Translations under genes and position numbers: made by a program | The notes under the pieces: generated by a model | What the model saw: only the letters and a program-made list of their open reading frames with translations | Told to the model about the DNA's origin: nothing | Database searches by the model: none | In this document: one piece after another, positions 1-10,771 of the stretch | Layout of the letters: the number at the start of each line of letters is the position of its first letter | Position numbering within the stretch: the stretch's first letter is position 1 | Assembly: GCA_965263355.1 (NCBI GenBank) | Contig: CBDHHL010000032.1 | Coordinates: 3,392,001-3,456,000, forward strand | Source: Leptolyngbyaceae cyanobacterium | GTDB lineage: Bacteria > Cyanobacteriota > Cyanobacteriia > Phormidesmidales > Phormidesmidaceae | Direction: 5' to 3' | DNA: 64,000 nucleotides

Positions 1-2
1 TT

Positions 3-362
3 GATGTTGTAACTGTTCAGAAAATTATTGACCGCACTCGTTTTCCAGCTAGGGAAAGTACTCTGGTCTCGAATATCCAAGAATTAGAAGATTTGGGTCG
101 CTCAGCAGATTTAATTGGTCAATTTAGCGATCGCAACTACCTGCAAAAGCTACCGGCCCTTTTTTATGAATTTGAACAAAACGGTACTAATCACAGCCTG
201 GGGTATCGACAAATCAAGGATATACGCCTGGGCTTATCAAAGTTTTACTGGAACTGTGTGCACGGTTATGTGGAGAATGCGCTCTCATATCTAAATTACA
301 CCTCTACAGGTCAGCAAATCGTGATAGAACTTCACGCAAATGTATCTGGTGATCAGACCTGA
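3..362 (+). CDS. HD-domain metal-dependent phosphohydrolase (Npun_R2479-like), 5'-truncated by the window edge
   Basis: Frame is open from nt 3 (DVVTVQKIIDRTRFP...). Motif RSADLIGQFSDRNYLQKLPALFYEF resembles this cyanobacterial family. Confidence 0.7.
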   Translation, partial: DVVTVQKIIDRTRFPARESTLVSNIQELEDLGRSADLIGQFSDRNYLQKLPALFYEFEQNGTNHSLGYRQIKDIRLGLSKFYWNCVHGYVENALSYLNYTSTGQQIVIELHANVSGDQT

Positions 363-547
363 CTGTGTGCATGGAGTCAAATGTGCCTAGAGCCAACGAA
401 TCCAGCAGATTACATCTAGCCATTCCCTTCGGGGGGATTAGATTATTTCATGGTTTCATCAAACTCAGGCATGCACACTTTAATTAAATTTTAGTGATCG
501 TATCTCACAACATCCGTATCCATATCGCCAGAAAGCACCTAAACTAG

Positions 548-970
548 GTGCTGTTCTTACCTGAGAGACCAATGGCACCACGCGATGAGAGTAAAACAGC
601 AACTGCTCCTGAAGCAGTAGACACCGCCCCAGCTAAAACTATATCTACTAAAGAAACTGTACCCGCTAAAGCAGACACCAATGCCAATACCTCTGATATA
701 GAAACTGAAAACTTAGATACTATCTTCAGCGCCTTGAAAACGTTGATGACTACAGTGGACAAGTTACAAAAATCACGCCAGGAAGTGGGAGACATTAAAC
801 CTTTAATTGTGCGGATGCTTGATGGAGAGCTACTGTCAGGTGATGAGCTTGAACAGTTAAAGACGGGAGTAAGCGGACTGTCTAAGCTAGTAAAGATTTA
901 TAGCGACTACCAAATCGCCCTGGAAAAAGCGCAACCTGCCAGAGAGATCTTAGATGCAGTACTGAAGTAG
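548..970 (+). CDS. hypothetical protein (low-complexity N-terminus, helical C-terminus)
   Basis: 140-aa ORF with plausible composition. The start may be the ATG at 572. Confidence 0.6.
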   Translation: MLFLPERPMAPRDESKTATAPEAVDTAPAKTISTKETVPAKADTNANTSDIETENLDTIFSALKTLMTTVDKLQKSRQEVGDIKPLIVRMLDGELLSGDELEQLKTGVSGLSKLVKIYSDYQIALEKAQPAREILDAVLK

Positions 971-1198
971 AACACAGAATAATGGTTCTGGTATCTTTCG
1001 TGGTCAGCTATTCAAGCATCTAAAGAGAGACTCCACACGGAGACTTGAGAACTGGAATAGCTGACGTAAAACAGTCTGTGCAGATTTGATAAACAATGAC
1101 AAAGCACTTTATCATTGTTACTACTAAAAATCTGTTGCACTTAGCTTGAATAACTTGCAAATATAGGGATAAATAGGCATGTTAGATTTCTTTTCCCA

Positions 1199-1387
1199 TT
1201 ATTTGCTACCACCGCTCAGACGTCTTCGGGGTACCCCCGGAGGAGCTGGTTTAAAAAATCGTTCTACTGAGAATTCATAGTCATTGAAGTCCCCCCAAAG
1301 GTCCACTGATAATGCAACGGTATCTGCTATCAGCCAATTAGGGATTAAAATCACGCCAAGTATTAGGGGACGTAAAAGGCTGCCCAT
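1199..1387 (-). CDS. small putative secreted peptide ending in a DUF928-like PxxGxPxRRxxGGS motif
   Basis: Hydrophobic N-terminus (LLRPLILGVILIP) and C-terminal FKPAPPGVPRRRLSGGSK. Confidence 0.45.
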   Translation of the reverse strand: MGSLLRPLILGVILIPNWLIADTVALSVDLWGDFNDYEFSVERFFKPAPPGVPRRRLSGGSK

Positions 1388-1532
1388 AGTCAGATTTCTA
1401 AACAAACGGCGTTACTAGGGCACCACCAAGGCAGCCCTAAACACTTATCAGTAGAGGAAATTGATTTACGCTCAAACTGTTACAAAACGCAATGAAACGC
1501 AGCTTCTTTTGAATTTTTGTGCTGCCTTCTGC

Positions 1533-2381
1533 TTACTGAATACCAATTGTCAAATCATAGGATGCGTTTCCACGGTTACCGCCGACAATCACCTGATAAT
1601 CCCCCGTATGGGGTAACAAAATCGTTTCATTATTGGCGCTAAAGGCCAGGATATAGCCGCTGGGCGAAATCACATCAAAGGCCGCATTATTTTCTAAAGC
1701 GACAATGCTTAGAGTCATTTGCTGCCCGCCCTGGGCACCTAGCACATAGATATCCCGATCACCTCGCACAATACTATTGCTGACAATCGCATCGCTTCTC
1801 CCTGGAGCAAACTCCACCCGTTGGGTATTGACATGATTCGCCGCTGACAGTAAATCTATCGCTTCTAGACCATTGTGATCCTGAAAAGCAGGGTCCACCA
1901 GTTTACAATCGGTCAGGTTGAGTATATGGTCCTTGGTCTGCAGGGTACTATCGGTTAGGGTCCAAGTTTCACGGGTAGCTTGCACGTCGTATTCAATCCA
2001 GGTGGTAATGTCGACAGCGGTCTGATTTTCTGTCAACTGGCCTGCAAATACTTGGGCATAGCTAGTGAAGTAACCGGCTTCTTCATTTTGGACAGAGGAG
2101 CGAGCATCGCCCTGGAGCTGGTTGTTATCGTTCAACGTTAAACGCAAATACGTGGACAGAATGCCATTGTTTAATAGATAGCAATAGCGACCGGGCAACA
2201 GCTCAAAGGTCGTTTTCTCAAGCGCAGGGGAAGTAGACGTCAGCTCAGATTCTATTGGCGGCAAGGCTTCCAACGGCGCGCTCGCACCTTGAGTATCGAT
2301 ATTTTTGATACGACAGCCTGCGATCGCACCGATTAACACCGGCACCAAACTGTAACCAATCGCTGGATTAAAACGAACCAT
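1533..2381 (-). CDS. putative lipoprotein with C-terminal PPC-like beta-sandwich domain
   Basis: Lipobox-like IAGC. The C-terminal VEFAPG...DIYVLGAQGGQQM...LPHTGDYQVIV is typical of cyanobacterial PPC-like domains. Confidence 0.7.
   Translation of the reverse strand: MVRFNPAIGYSLVPVLIGAIAGCRIKNIDTQGASAPLEALPPIESELTSTSPALEKTTFELLPGRYCYLLNNGILSTYLRLTLNDNNQLQGDARSSVQNEEAGYFTSYAQVFAGQLTENQTAVDITTWIEYDVQATRETWTLTDSTLQTKDHILNLTDCKLVDPAFQDHNGLEAIDLLSAANHVNTQRVEFAPGRSDAIVSNSIVRGDRDIYVLGAQGGQQMTLSIVALENNAAFDVISPSGYILAFSANNETILLPHTGDYQVIVGGNRGNASYDLTIGIQ
2320..2327. repeat. HIP1 octamer GCGATCGC (one example; roughly two dozen copies across the window by eye)
   Basis: GCGATCGC recurs near 5572, 17910, 27568, 47274, 52946 and 57881, among others. 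It is a hallmark of cyanobacterial genomes. Confidence 0.9.
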
Positions 2382-2433
2382 AACAGCAAATTAAAACGGC
2401 CTACTGCCCAGTGCTTAAGTCATCTCAAGCAAC

Positions 2434-2832
2434 CTATTCAGACTTCGCCAGCCTAATCTGGGTCCCATCTAAATCAGTTCGATATTGCCAGGTTTGCTGA
2501 CCGTCAGTCACACTTACGGCCCACCCTGGCGTCATCATCTGAGCACAAAATTCCCCTGGGCCACTCAATCCCAGACATGCATCGGGCCAATCTGCTGCCT
2601 CACTTTTGACAATGCTAAGGCTATCAGGGGATACGTTCTTTTCTGCGCCAACCGCCTTCAAAATGGTCTGCTGCAGCTCTGGAGAGAGTGATTCGTCAGA
2701 CATATCGACAGCTTCCTCCGGATTGGAATGCTCAGGACTTGGGATAGATATCGGTGTTTTTTCCGCTGGGGTACAGCCCACATTAAGCAGTAGCACCAAA
2801 GCTATCATGAATACAATTTGTGGCATTTGCAA
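2434..2832 (-). CDS. conserved hypothetical lipoprotein
   Basis: Lipobox-like NVGC and motif WPDACLGL...CAQMMTPGW...YRTD. Confidence 0.7.
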   Translation of the reverse strand: MQMPQIVFMIALVLLLNVGCTPAEKTPISIPSPEHSNPEEAVDMSDESLSPELQQTILKAVGAEKNVSPDSLSIVKSEAADWPDACLGLSGPGEFCAQMMTPGWAVSVTDGQQTWQYRTDLDGTQIRLAKSE

Positions 2833-3188
2833 ACTCCATGTTGGCTGATTCAGTCTGCATCGAATATCTTAGGTTAAGCAAACTTGTATTCACTTAACCT
2901 CATACGTATTAGTGATATGTATGGGCGGTAAGTCGCAGTTATCTAGAGCTAATGTGATTCCCGTAAGCGGTCTAGACCTTAACAACCCAAGTAGACAAAA
3001 CCGTTTGTTTACTTAGGAGGGATAGGGGCTTGTGCTGACAGACAGCATGGTTAATGCTTCTGTAGCATTGTTACTGAACTAAGCGTTTTAATTTATACCG
3101 GTTCTCTACTTAGGAAGCAAAATTACTTAAATTCCCACATCCATCACACCGTAGTAGTTCCTTAAATGTCATACCAAAGTAGTGTCTT

Positions 3189-5000
3189 ATGAAACGTTTT
3201 TACTTAAGCTTAGTTGGCCTCGGTATAGTCATAGCGTTGTTGTTTAGCTCACTATTGCCTGCCCCCCGGCTCTCGACTGATGTGATCGCTCAACAGTCAG
3301 CCAATAGTTTAAATCAACAGACCTTTGCCGTTGGAGAATTTGATTCTATTGTTTTAGATTTTCTCGAAACACCAGATGTCCTCTCTAACCTATCCAATTC
3401 TTTAAAGTCACTGGGGCAACAATTTAGCTTAAATCCTGTACTAAACAGCGATTTTTCACAGGCCGACCACATCTACATTGTTTCCGGAAATCAAGCAGTT
3501 CTAGACAAACTAAAGGGATCCAATTGGGCCACTCAAACTGAATATATCGAACCCAACTATATTTATTCTCAAGCGGCCTTCCCCGTTAATGACCCAGATT
3601 ATTCCAAGCAGTGGAATCTCCGACAAATCAAAGCTCCCAGTGCTTGGAAACGGGGTGTGACCGGTCAAGGTGTCACCGTTGCAGTGATTGATACCGGTAT
3701 TAGCCGAGGCCGCGATTTGTCAGAAACAGAGTTTGTCCCAGGGTATGACTTTGTCAATGATCGTGAAAGCGCCATTGATGACAATGGTCATGGCACCCAT
3801 GTGGCGGGCACCATTGCCCAGTCCACTAATAATCGCTACGGAGTAGCGGGTATCGCCTATGGAGCCAAACTAATGCCACTCAAGGTTCTCAGTCGCACTG
3901 GTGGGGGCACCGTTGCAGATATAGCAGAAGCCATTCGGTTTGCTGCGGATAACGGTGCTAACGTGATCAATATGAGTTTAGGTGGTGGTGGTGATTCTAA
4001 GCTTATGCGCGAAGCCATTGACTATGCCCATAAAAAGGGAGTTGTCATCGTTGCTGCTGCTGGCAACGAAAGTAGCAGTAGTGCCTCCTATCCCGCCCTG
4101 TATCCTAATGTGATTGCAGTATCTGCCATCGGTCCAGATAAAAATAAAACCGCCTATTCCAATTATGGAACAGGGGTGGATATTGCGGCTCCTGGGGGAA
4201 CAACTCGCAATAGTGAGCAGGATGGCATTTTGCAAGAAACCATTAATCCCCGGACTCCAGGTGAGTTTCAGTTTAAATATTTCCAGGGGACAAGTATGGC
4301 AGCTCCCCATGTAGCGGGTGTTGCTGCCCTAATTAAGTCTCGCCGCCCACAGTTATCCCCTGATGAAGTCTGGAATGTACTAAAGTCATCGGCCCAGCCC
4401 GTTAAAAACGACAGCCACAACTATTTTGGAGTAGGATTCCTGGATGCAGCCAAAGCCGTTGGTGGTGGCGGTATTCCGATTACGTTTAACCCCCTCACCA
4501 TTCGCTGGATTGACATCGGACTCAAGCTGATGGCTGCGGCATTACTGACCTGGGTGCTAACACCCCGTGAAGGTCAGTTTAATCCTTGGAATCCTGGCTT
4601 TCTGCTGGGGATTTTACTAGGCAGTGTAGGCATCTTTGTATTACCAGCTATACAGATTGCCACCGTACCCCATTGGCCTTTACGCCTATTGGGTAGCTCA
4701 ATTCCAGAAATGGGGGGGGCAATCATGAATCAAACCACCCTAAATCCTTTGTTCGCGAGCCTTTTAATTCCCCTTGGGCTAATGTCGTTGTTGATTAGCC
4801 ATCGTAGCTTGAAATGGTCAGTACTGGGCATTTCCATTGGTATGACGGCGTTTATGGTGATAGCAGCCTCCGGGTCACCGACCATCTGGCTAATTGGTTC
4901 AGGGCAACTGGCAAGATTATTTTTACTTGTCAATGCCCTGATCGGTTTCTTTATCACCTACTTGTTTATGAAAGTGGCTGTGGATGATACACAGCAGTAG
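3189..5000 (+). CDS. S8 (subtilisin-like) serine peptidase with C-terminal multi-pass membrane domain
   Basis: Catalytic motifs VIDTG, HGTHVAG and GTSMAAP. Signal peptide and a hydrophobic C-terminal ~170 aa. Confidence 0.92.
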   Translation: MKRFYLSLVGLGIVIALLFSSLLPAPRLSTDVIAQQSANSLNQQTFAVGEFDSIVLDFLETPDVLSNLSNSLKSLGQQFSLNPVLNSDFSQADHIYIVSGNQAVLDKLKGSNWATQTEYIEPNYIYSQAAFPVNDPDYSKQWNLRQIKAPSAWKRGVTGQGVTVAVIDTGISRGRDLSETEFVPGYDFVNDRESAIDDNGHGTHVAGTIAQSTNNRYGVAGIAYGAKLMPLKVLSRTGGGTVADIAEAIRFAADNGANVINMSLGGGGDSKLMREAIDYAHKKGVVIVAAAGNESSSSASYPALYPNVIAVSAIGPDKNKTAYSNYGTGVDIAAPGGTTRNSEQDGILQETINPRTPGEFQFKYFQGTSMAAPHVAGVAALIKSRRPQLSPDEVWNVLKSSAQPVKNDSHNYFGVGFLDAAKAVGGGGIPITFNPLTIRWIDIGLKLMAAALLTWVLTPREGQFNPWNPGFLLGILLGSVGIFVLPAIQIATVPHWPLRLLGSSIPEMGGAIMNQTTLNPLFASLLIPLGLMSLLISHRSLKWSVLGISIGMTAFMVIAASGSPTIWLIGSGQLARLFLLVNALIGFFITYLFMKVAVDDTQQ

Positions 5001-5012
5001 TTTGAGAGAGGC

Positions 5013-6296
5013 CTAGCGGCTCAGCGATACCATAGCGCTGGTAATGTGGCTTAACTCATCAGGCTGAATGATATAGGGTGGCATCGTGTACAGCAGCTTG
5101 CCAAAGGGTCGTAGCCATACACCATGGTCTACCACTTGAGGCTGAATTACAGCCATATCAACTGGTTCATGGAGTTCAACTACACCGATAGCACCTAACA
5201 CTCGTACATCTTTAACCAAGGGTGACTGACCACAGGGAGCCAGCTCTGCTTTGAGCTGGCTCTCGATGGCTTGGATTTTGGCTGGCCAATCATAGCTTGT
5301 TAAAAGTGCCATGCTTTCTAAGGCGACGGCACAGGCTAGGGGGTTGGCCATAAAAGTGGGTCCATGCATAAAGACCCCAGCTTCGCCTTGGGAAAATACC
5401 TGGCTAATTTGGGGGGTGGTGAGGGTGGCGGCTAGGGACATAAAACCGCCGGACAGGGCCTTGCCAACACAAAGAATATCGGGGGAAATATTGGCATGTT
5501 CGCAAGCAAACAGCTTGCCAGTACGGCCAAAGCCCGTGGCAATCTCATCGAGAATTAACAAGATGTTGTAGCGATCGCACAGTTCCCTCACCCGGCGTAC
5601 ATAGTCAGGGCTATAAAACCACATGCCCCCTGCTCCCTGAACCACAGGCTCAAAGATAGCTGCGGCTATCTGGTCATGATTTTCAGCTAACAGCTGCTCA
5701 AAACTAGCAATATCACTATCGTCCCATACACCCCAAAACGGAATCTGGGGCCGATCAGCAAAATACTGTTGCCGCAAAACCTGATTAAACAGATGATGCA
5801 TCCCATTGATCGGATCACACACCGACATCGCATCAAAGGTATCGCCATGGTAACCCCCACGCATCGTCAAAAACCGATGTTTTTGCGGCTGTCCCAAGTT
5901 ATACCAATATTGAATCGCCATTTTCATGGCCACTTCCACCGATACCGAACCAGAATCACAGAAAAATACTTGCTGTAGGGGTTCAGGCGTCAATGTCACT
6001 AACCGCTGGGCCAACTGCACCGCAGGTTGATGGGTAAGCCCTCCAAACATCACATGGGACATGCGATCAATCTGATCACGGGCTGCTTGGTTCAAACGCG
6101 GGTGGTTATACCCATGAATACAGGTCCACCAAGAAGACATGCCATCTACCAAGGTGCGACCATCTTCTAACTCAATGTAAACACCTTGGGCTGACTTGAC
6201 AGGGAAAAGCGGCAGCGAATTAGGCATGGCGGCGTAGGGATGCCACACATGCTGGCGATCAATGGCAAGCAACTGGTCGGTGGGGAAAGAGTTCAT
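5013..6296 (-). CDS. bioA: adenosylmethionine-8-amino-7-oxononanoate aminotransferase
   Basis: Motifs WHPY, DGMSSWW, DSGSVSVEVAMKMA, YHGDT, DEIATGFGRTG, GKALSGG and HGPTFMANP. Confidence 0.95.
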   Translation of the reverse strand: MNSFPTDQLLAIDRQHVWHPYAAMPNSLPLFPVKSAQGVYIELEDGRTLVDGMSSWWTCIHGYNHPRLNQAARDQIDRMSHVMFGGLTHQPAVQLAQRLVTLTPEPLQQVFFCDSGSVSVEVAMKMAIQYWYNLGQPQKHRFLTMRGGYHGDTFDAMSVCDPINGMHHLFNQVLRQQYFADRPQIPFWGVWDDSDIASFEQLLAENHDQIAAAIFEPVVQGAGGMWFYSPDYVRRVRELCDRYNILLILDEIATGFGRTGKLFACEHANISPDILCVGKALSGGFMSLAATLTTPQISQVFSQGEAGVFMHGPTFMANPLACAVALESMALLTSYDWPAKIQAIESQLKAELAPCGQSPLVKDVRVLGAIGVVELHEPVDMAVIQPQVVDHGVWLRPFGKLLYTMPPYIIQPDELSHITSAMVSLSR

Positions 6297-6299
6297 CTG

Positions 6300-6776
6300 T
6301 TATTTAACCGTGACAGTAATTTTTTCTGAAATCACTGGCTTGTCATGGGGAATATGACTGTAGTTGCCCAGCACTAGCTGTAATGTATGCTCACCCGGCT
6401 CTAAATCCAGCTGGGTTTCAGTTTGACCTGCACCATAGTGCAGCAATTGTTCAGATGCTTGTAAGGGTTCTGTTAGAGAAGGCAGCTGATCAACATCGAT
6501 CAGTAAGTGGTGATGACCGGTATTGGGACGATCAACTCCTGCAGGGGCGATGCCCAGACCCGCTAATCCAAATTGCACCTTGAAGGGAGCTACTACGGTT
6601 TCACTATTGTTGGGAGAAATAATATACACCCTGGCAGAAGCAGGGGCAGGGGATAGATTTGCCGCATCAACAGGGGTAACCCATAGGGCAAATACCATCA
6701 TGAGACAAAGGCTTACCAATGTAAGGCTGCGCTGAACACAAGAAACCATAGATAACACATACTCAAAAACCAACAT
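6300..6776 (-). CDS. DUF4399-family exported protein
   Basis: Motif GIAPAG...TGHHHLLID...LEPGEHTLQL. Signal peptide, start probably near 6749. Confidence 0.8.
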   Translation of the reverse strand: MLVFEYVLSMVSCVQRSLTLVSLCLMMVFALWVTPVDAANLSPAPASARVYIISPNNSETVVAPFKVQFGLAGLGIAPAGVDRPNTGHHHLLIDVDQLPSLTEPLQASEQLLHYGAGQTETQLDLEPGEHTLQLVLGNYSHIPHDKPVISEKITVTVK

Positions 6777-7036
6777 CCTTTATGGTAAGCCGTTGCGTTA
6801 CCACAACGGTCATATCTCCAACTGTCACAGCAAAAATAAACGATTTTTCAATAGTTTTAGAGCTTATTTTATAGTCCACCTCCAAAAAGTGTCCTCTACT
6901 TTTACGCGCTACCAAGGGCATAAAGATACAACAGGACCATGCAAGCGAGGTTTAGTCATCTCTGGTGTCAAACACCCATGGGAAACACCCTCGCCTGACA
7001 TAACGCTTCATATAAAACGTTTCGAGGAATTTAACC

Positions 7037-7504
7037 ATGATGTTCAATCGTATTCTTTGCACACTAGGGCTAACGGCTGCTGTTCTTGGTGCAGCCCCCC
7101 TAACCGCATCTGCCCAAACTGTTCCCGACTATAACTATGTTGGCATCGGTGGCAGCGACGAGGGTTTTGTTGTTAACGGCAAACTCTCTTTATCTGAGAA
7201 TCTGTCTGTTCGTCCCGCCGTTAGCACTGATTTCGACTTTGAGGATGGTGAAGATGTGGTTTATGTTCTGCCAATCACCTATGATTTTAATTCTCTGGAT
7301 CCCGCTGGTCGTTTCAATCCCTATCTAGGGGCCGGTATTAACGGTGAACTCGGCGACGACAACACCCTTGAAGCTGCTGTTACAGGGGGTGCTGATTATC
7401 GTGTTAACGATCAGTGGTTAGTCAATGGTTCTGTTGTTTGGTCTCCCTTCCAAGATGGTAACGATGATGTAGACTTCATCGCTGGCATTGGCTACAGCTT
7501 CTAG
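7037..7504 (+). CDS. outer-membrane beta-barrel protein
   Basis: Signal peptide ending ASA-Q, PYLGAG motif, C-terminal GIGYSF. Confidence 0.8.
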   Translation: MMFNRILCTLGLTAAVLGAAPLTASAQTVPDYNYVGIGGSDEGFVVNGKLSLSENLSVRPAVSTDFDFEDGEDVVYVLPITYDFNSLDPAGRFNPYLGAGINGELGDDNTLEAAVTGGADYRVNDQWLVNGSVVWSPFQDGNDDVDFIAGIGYSF

Positions 7505-7541
7505 ATGTAGCCCCTGGTTATCACAAAAGCTCTCCAAATCG

Positions 7542-7568
7542 GCCCCGTCTGTAGCGGGGCTTTTTTTT
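7542..7568 (+). terminator. Rho-independent terminator
   Basis: GCCCCG-N7-CGGGGC followed by T8, downstream of the beta-barrel gene. Confidence 0.85.
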
Positions 7569-7616
7569 GCAATATTTTTTACAGTGCTATTGTACTCAAA
7601 AACTGTTTTACGAAGA

Positions 7617-8405
7617 CTACTGTTCTAGTTCTGCAATGTCAGAGCTGTTGGGCAGCTTTGTGGTATTAACAAACTCAACAAATGCTTCATTTAAAGCAGC
7701 ATACCCTTGGGCATTCAGGTGCAACTCATCCTGCCGATAATCTTCAGGCATTTGCCCTTGTTCATTGGCGATGGCTGAAAAACCATCGAAAATAAATACT
7801 CGATCATCCTGTAGAGAATCAATATAGCCATTTACTTCGTAAATGGCTTGGGCCACATCATCGGACCAAACTGGTTGGCGGATGAGGGGCACGTCTCCAA
7901 CCGGCAGAATAGTGCTCACAATTACGGTTGCGCCCAGTGCCTTAGCGTCTTCCACCATTTGGCGAATATTAGAGCGGCAGAGATCAATGATAACATTACG
8001 CTCTTCTGGCATCAGGGGAATAGTCTTTAAGTCATTCACACCCACTTGAATGACAACAATGTCTGGTTCTAAATCACTCAGGTGAAAATCAAACCGCTGA
8101 CTTGTTTGGGCAGAGGTTTGACCACTCACCCCACGGTTATAAAACTCATACCCCTCAATCTTAGGGGCAGGCCAGTTGGCAGCCCTAGAATCGCCGAACA
8201 GGATAATCCGTTGTGTATCACCATTATCCTTAAGTTGAGGATCGGGATCATAGTAACTTAACCCCAGTGGATCTAACCGAACCTGATTTAGTTCAAAATA
8301 GTACTTTTTGAGCTGTCCGTAGAGGAAAAAGTTAAGTGTGACCGAAGCACCTACAACAGGTATTGCCAAATACAACAATAGCGAGCTAGCCGTGACCGAT
8401 TTCAT
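7617..8405 (-). CDS. SGNH/GDSL hydrolase
   Basis: Blocks FGDSR, RGVSG, GVNDL and DELH. Confidence 0.88.
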   Translation of the reverse strand: MKSVTASSLLLYLAIPVVGASVTLNFFLYGQLKKYYFELNQVRLDPLGLSYYDPDPQLKDNGDTQRIILFGDSRAANWPAPKIEGYEFYNRGVSGQTSAQTSQRFDFHLSDLEPDIVVIQVGVNDLKTIPLMPEERNVIIDLCRSNIRQMVEDAKALGATVIVSTILPVGDVPLIRQPVWSDDVAQAIYEVNGYIDSLQDDRVFIFDGFSAIANEQGQMPEDYRQDELHLNAQGYAALNEAFVEFVNTTKLPNSSDIAELEQ

Positions 8406-8764
8406 AGGGGCGTTCGAAGTATAAATTCAACTTAAGAGGATACTGTAACGAAGTTTGAAGACTTATATTCCAACATAATTTGTTCCAAGCTGTGGTAGAT
8501 GGAACTATTGCTAATGCCTTGAATTGATTGTTACTAGGTATTTCCTAACCGCTTGAAAAGTTTGAGAAGTTTTGGTGAAGCTAGGATATAACAACTTAGC
8601 CTGAGGTAATGCATCACTAGTTCAATATTCACAACATGCTGGTCTCATCAGAAATTTTCAGTCCAATGCGGTGCTACTTATTAATCGCAACAGTTGCTAT
8701 TTAGCCCTTCATCAGGGCATAACCATATAGGGCTTTTGGATATTTTTATTAAACTGTTTGCTAT

Positions 8765-9934
8765 ATGGCTCTTGAAACTGCACTATTTTTTCCACCTAAA
8801 CCGCAGCCGTTAATGATTCGGTTAGTACAAAGCGTGTCATATCTAGTACTGCAGCGATTGTATCGGTGCGGCTTGGTGGTGTCTGATGATGATGTCGCCA
8901 AACTCCGGGCAATTGATCAGGCCCGAGTCGTTTATGTGTGTAATCATCCCACCATGGAAGATGGCATGGTGCTGTTTGGTCTGGCTGCACGGGTAGGACA
9001 GCTGTGGCACTATATCGTGGCATGGGAGTCATTTAAGGGGCTGCAAGGAAAATTTCTGCAATGGATGGGCTGCTACAGCATTCGCCGGGGTCTGGGAGAC
9101 CGGGCTAGTATCGCCCAAACATTGAGCCTATTGAAGGCACCTCGAGCCCAAGTTGTCATTTTTCCGGAAGGGGGATGTTCCTATCAAAACGATACGGTAA
9201 TGCCATTTCGGTCAGGGGCAATTCAAATGCCACTGCAGGTGATGGCGCAGCTGGCCAAGCGCAACCCTGATACGGATTTATACATCGTGCCAATCTCGCT
9301 GAAGTACCGATATACTCAACCTATGACAGCCATCATTGAGAAAACCTTGCAAGGGCTAGAACAGGAGTTGGGACTGTTAGCGGTAGAGCCTCAGGATTTT
9401 TATCAACGGCTGCTTGCGATCGCAGCCCTAATCATCACGCGTATCGAAGCAGAATTTGGCTTGCCCCATCCTATTAACCAAGACTGGAATGAACGGATCA
9501 GCCGCTTACGCCACCATGTGATTAGCCAATGTGAGCAGCAACTCAGTTTACATCCGAATGGTGCCCCCATTCGGGAACGCGTCTATAGAATTCAAGCACT
9601 ACTGGAATCGGAAGAACCCAAAACAGTAACCGAAGACGATGCTCTATATTGGACAACAGTTAGACTACTCAATTTTGATGCAATTTATGATGGCTATGTA
9701 GCCGCTGATCCCACACCCGAGAGATTTCTCGACACACTCATGCGGTTGGAGCGAGAGGTTTATCAAATCGAACATATCCAACCAAAAGCTCACCGTCAGG
9801 CCATTTTTAGCGTCGGCGAGCCAATCAATCTGAAGCACTACGTGAAAGCCTTCAAGCAAAATAAAACAGGTACCGTAACACAGCTAATAGAACAATTACG
9901 CTCAGCCATCCAGGGGAATTTGGCGGCAGGATAA
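8765..9934 (+). CDS. phospholipid/glycerol acyltransferase (PlsC-like)
   Basis: NHPTMED (HX4D) and FPEGG motifs. Confidence 0.85.
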   Translation: MALETALFFPPKPQPLMIRLVQSVSYLVLQRLYRCGLVVSDDDVAKLRAIDQARVVYVCNHPTMEDGMVLFGLAARVGQLWHYIVAWESFKGLQGKFLQWMGCYSIRRGLGDRASIAQTLSLLKAPRAQVVIFPEGGCSYQNDTVMPFRSGAIQMPLQVMAQLAKRNPDTDLYIVPISLKYRYTQPMTAIIEKTLQGLEQELGLLAVEPQDFYQRLLAIAALIITRIEAEFGLPHPINQDWNERISRLRHHVISQCEQQLSLHPNGAPIRERVYRIQALLESEEPKTVTEDDALYWTTVRLLNFDAIYDGYVAADPTPERFLDTLMRLEREVYQIEHIQPKAHRQAIFSVGEPINLKHYVKAFKQNKTGTVTQLIEQLRSAIQGNLAAG

Positions 9935-10024
9935 TTGAAGATAGCAATGCACTTTTGCCCCGAGTGCTCGAATGAAGCTCACGGCGAAATCTTGCCAAAA
10001 GGTAGTCAGTGGACCAGGTTTATT

Positions 10025-10771
10025 TTATTCAAATCCTTCTCCACAGATATCTTCTAAGTTATCGGGACAGGTACTGATATCAACCTCAATACCGCTGAGA
10101 TCTAAAAACTGCCATTCCTGTTCTGTCGCAGGTGTCAGAATTTTGCCAATAGGGCTAATGTCAGAGAAAGGATTATAAGCAATATTTAGAGACCGAATCG
10201 TAGAAATTTGAGCAATGGGGGCAATGCTCTCAATTTGGTTATAGCTAATATCTAGGATAGTCAGTCGAGGTAACGCGGTCAGGACAGTAATATCCTGAAG
10301 TTGCGTATTAGCAAGACGTAGGGTTTGCAGCTGTTTTAGCTCAGCAATAGGGGCTAAATCTGTAATAACGCGGCCATTGAGATTAAGCTCCGTGAGATTA
10401 GGGGTGGCAATAGCAATCATTTGCAAATCGACACCCACTGGAAAATCAACCATGAGACCATTACCTGGCAAATACGCTGTTTGCAATTGTGGTCCTCGCA
10501 GAACATCCACCGCTACCAGCCGTTGTTCAGCTGTTTCACAATCATCAGTAGTTAACCCTGACATCAGTGCCTCCATCGTCTGCCAGGCATAAAGGCGCTC
10601 GTACAGGACATTACTCCAGCTTCCGGAAATTCCCTGAAACACTCGACATAGATCAGCAAATGTAGGTTCAGGTATGGCTAATGCACTGGCAGTAGGCACT
10701 CCCATAGTAGTACCCCAAACAGTAGCTACACCAGCCACCATATTCATCATCCAATGATTGAGTTGGGGCAT
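10025..10771 (-). CDS. secreted leucine-rich repeat (internalin-like) protein
   Basis: LxxLxLxxNxIxxIxPI repeats and a signal-like N-terminus. Confidence 0.8.
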   Translation of the reverse strand: MPQLNHWMMNMVAGVATVWGTTMGVPTASALAIPEPTFADLCRVFQGISGSWSNVLYERLYAWQTMEALMSGLTTDDCETAEQRLVAVDVLRGPQLQTAYLPGNGLMVDFPVGVDLQMIAIATPNLTELNLNGRVITDLAPIAELKQLQTLRLANTQLQDITVLTALPRLTILDISYNQIESIAPIAQISTIRSLNIAYNPFSDISPIGKILTPATEQEWQFLDLSGIEVDISTCPDNLEDICGEGFE

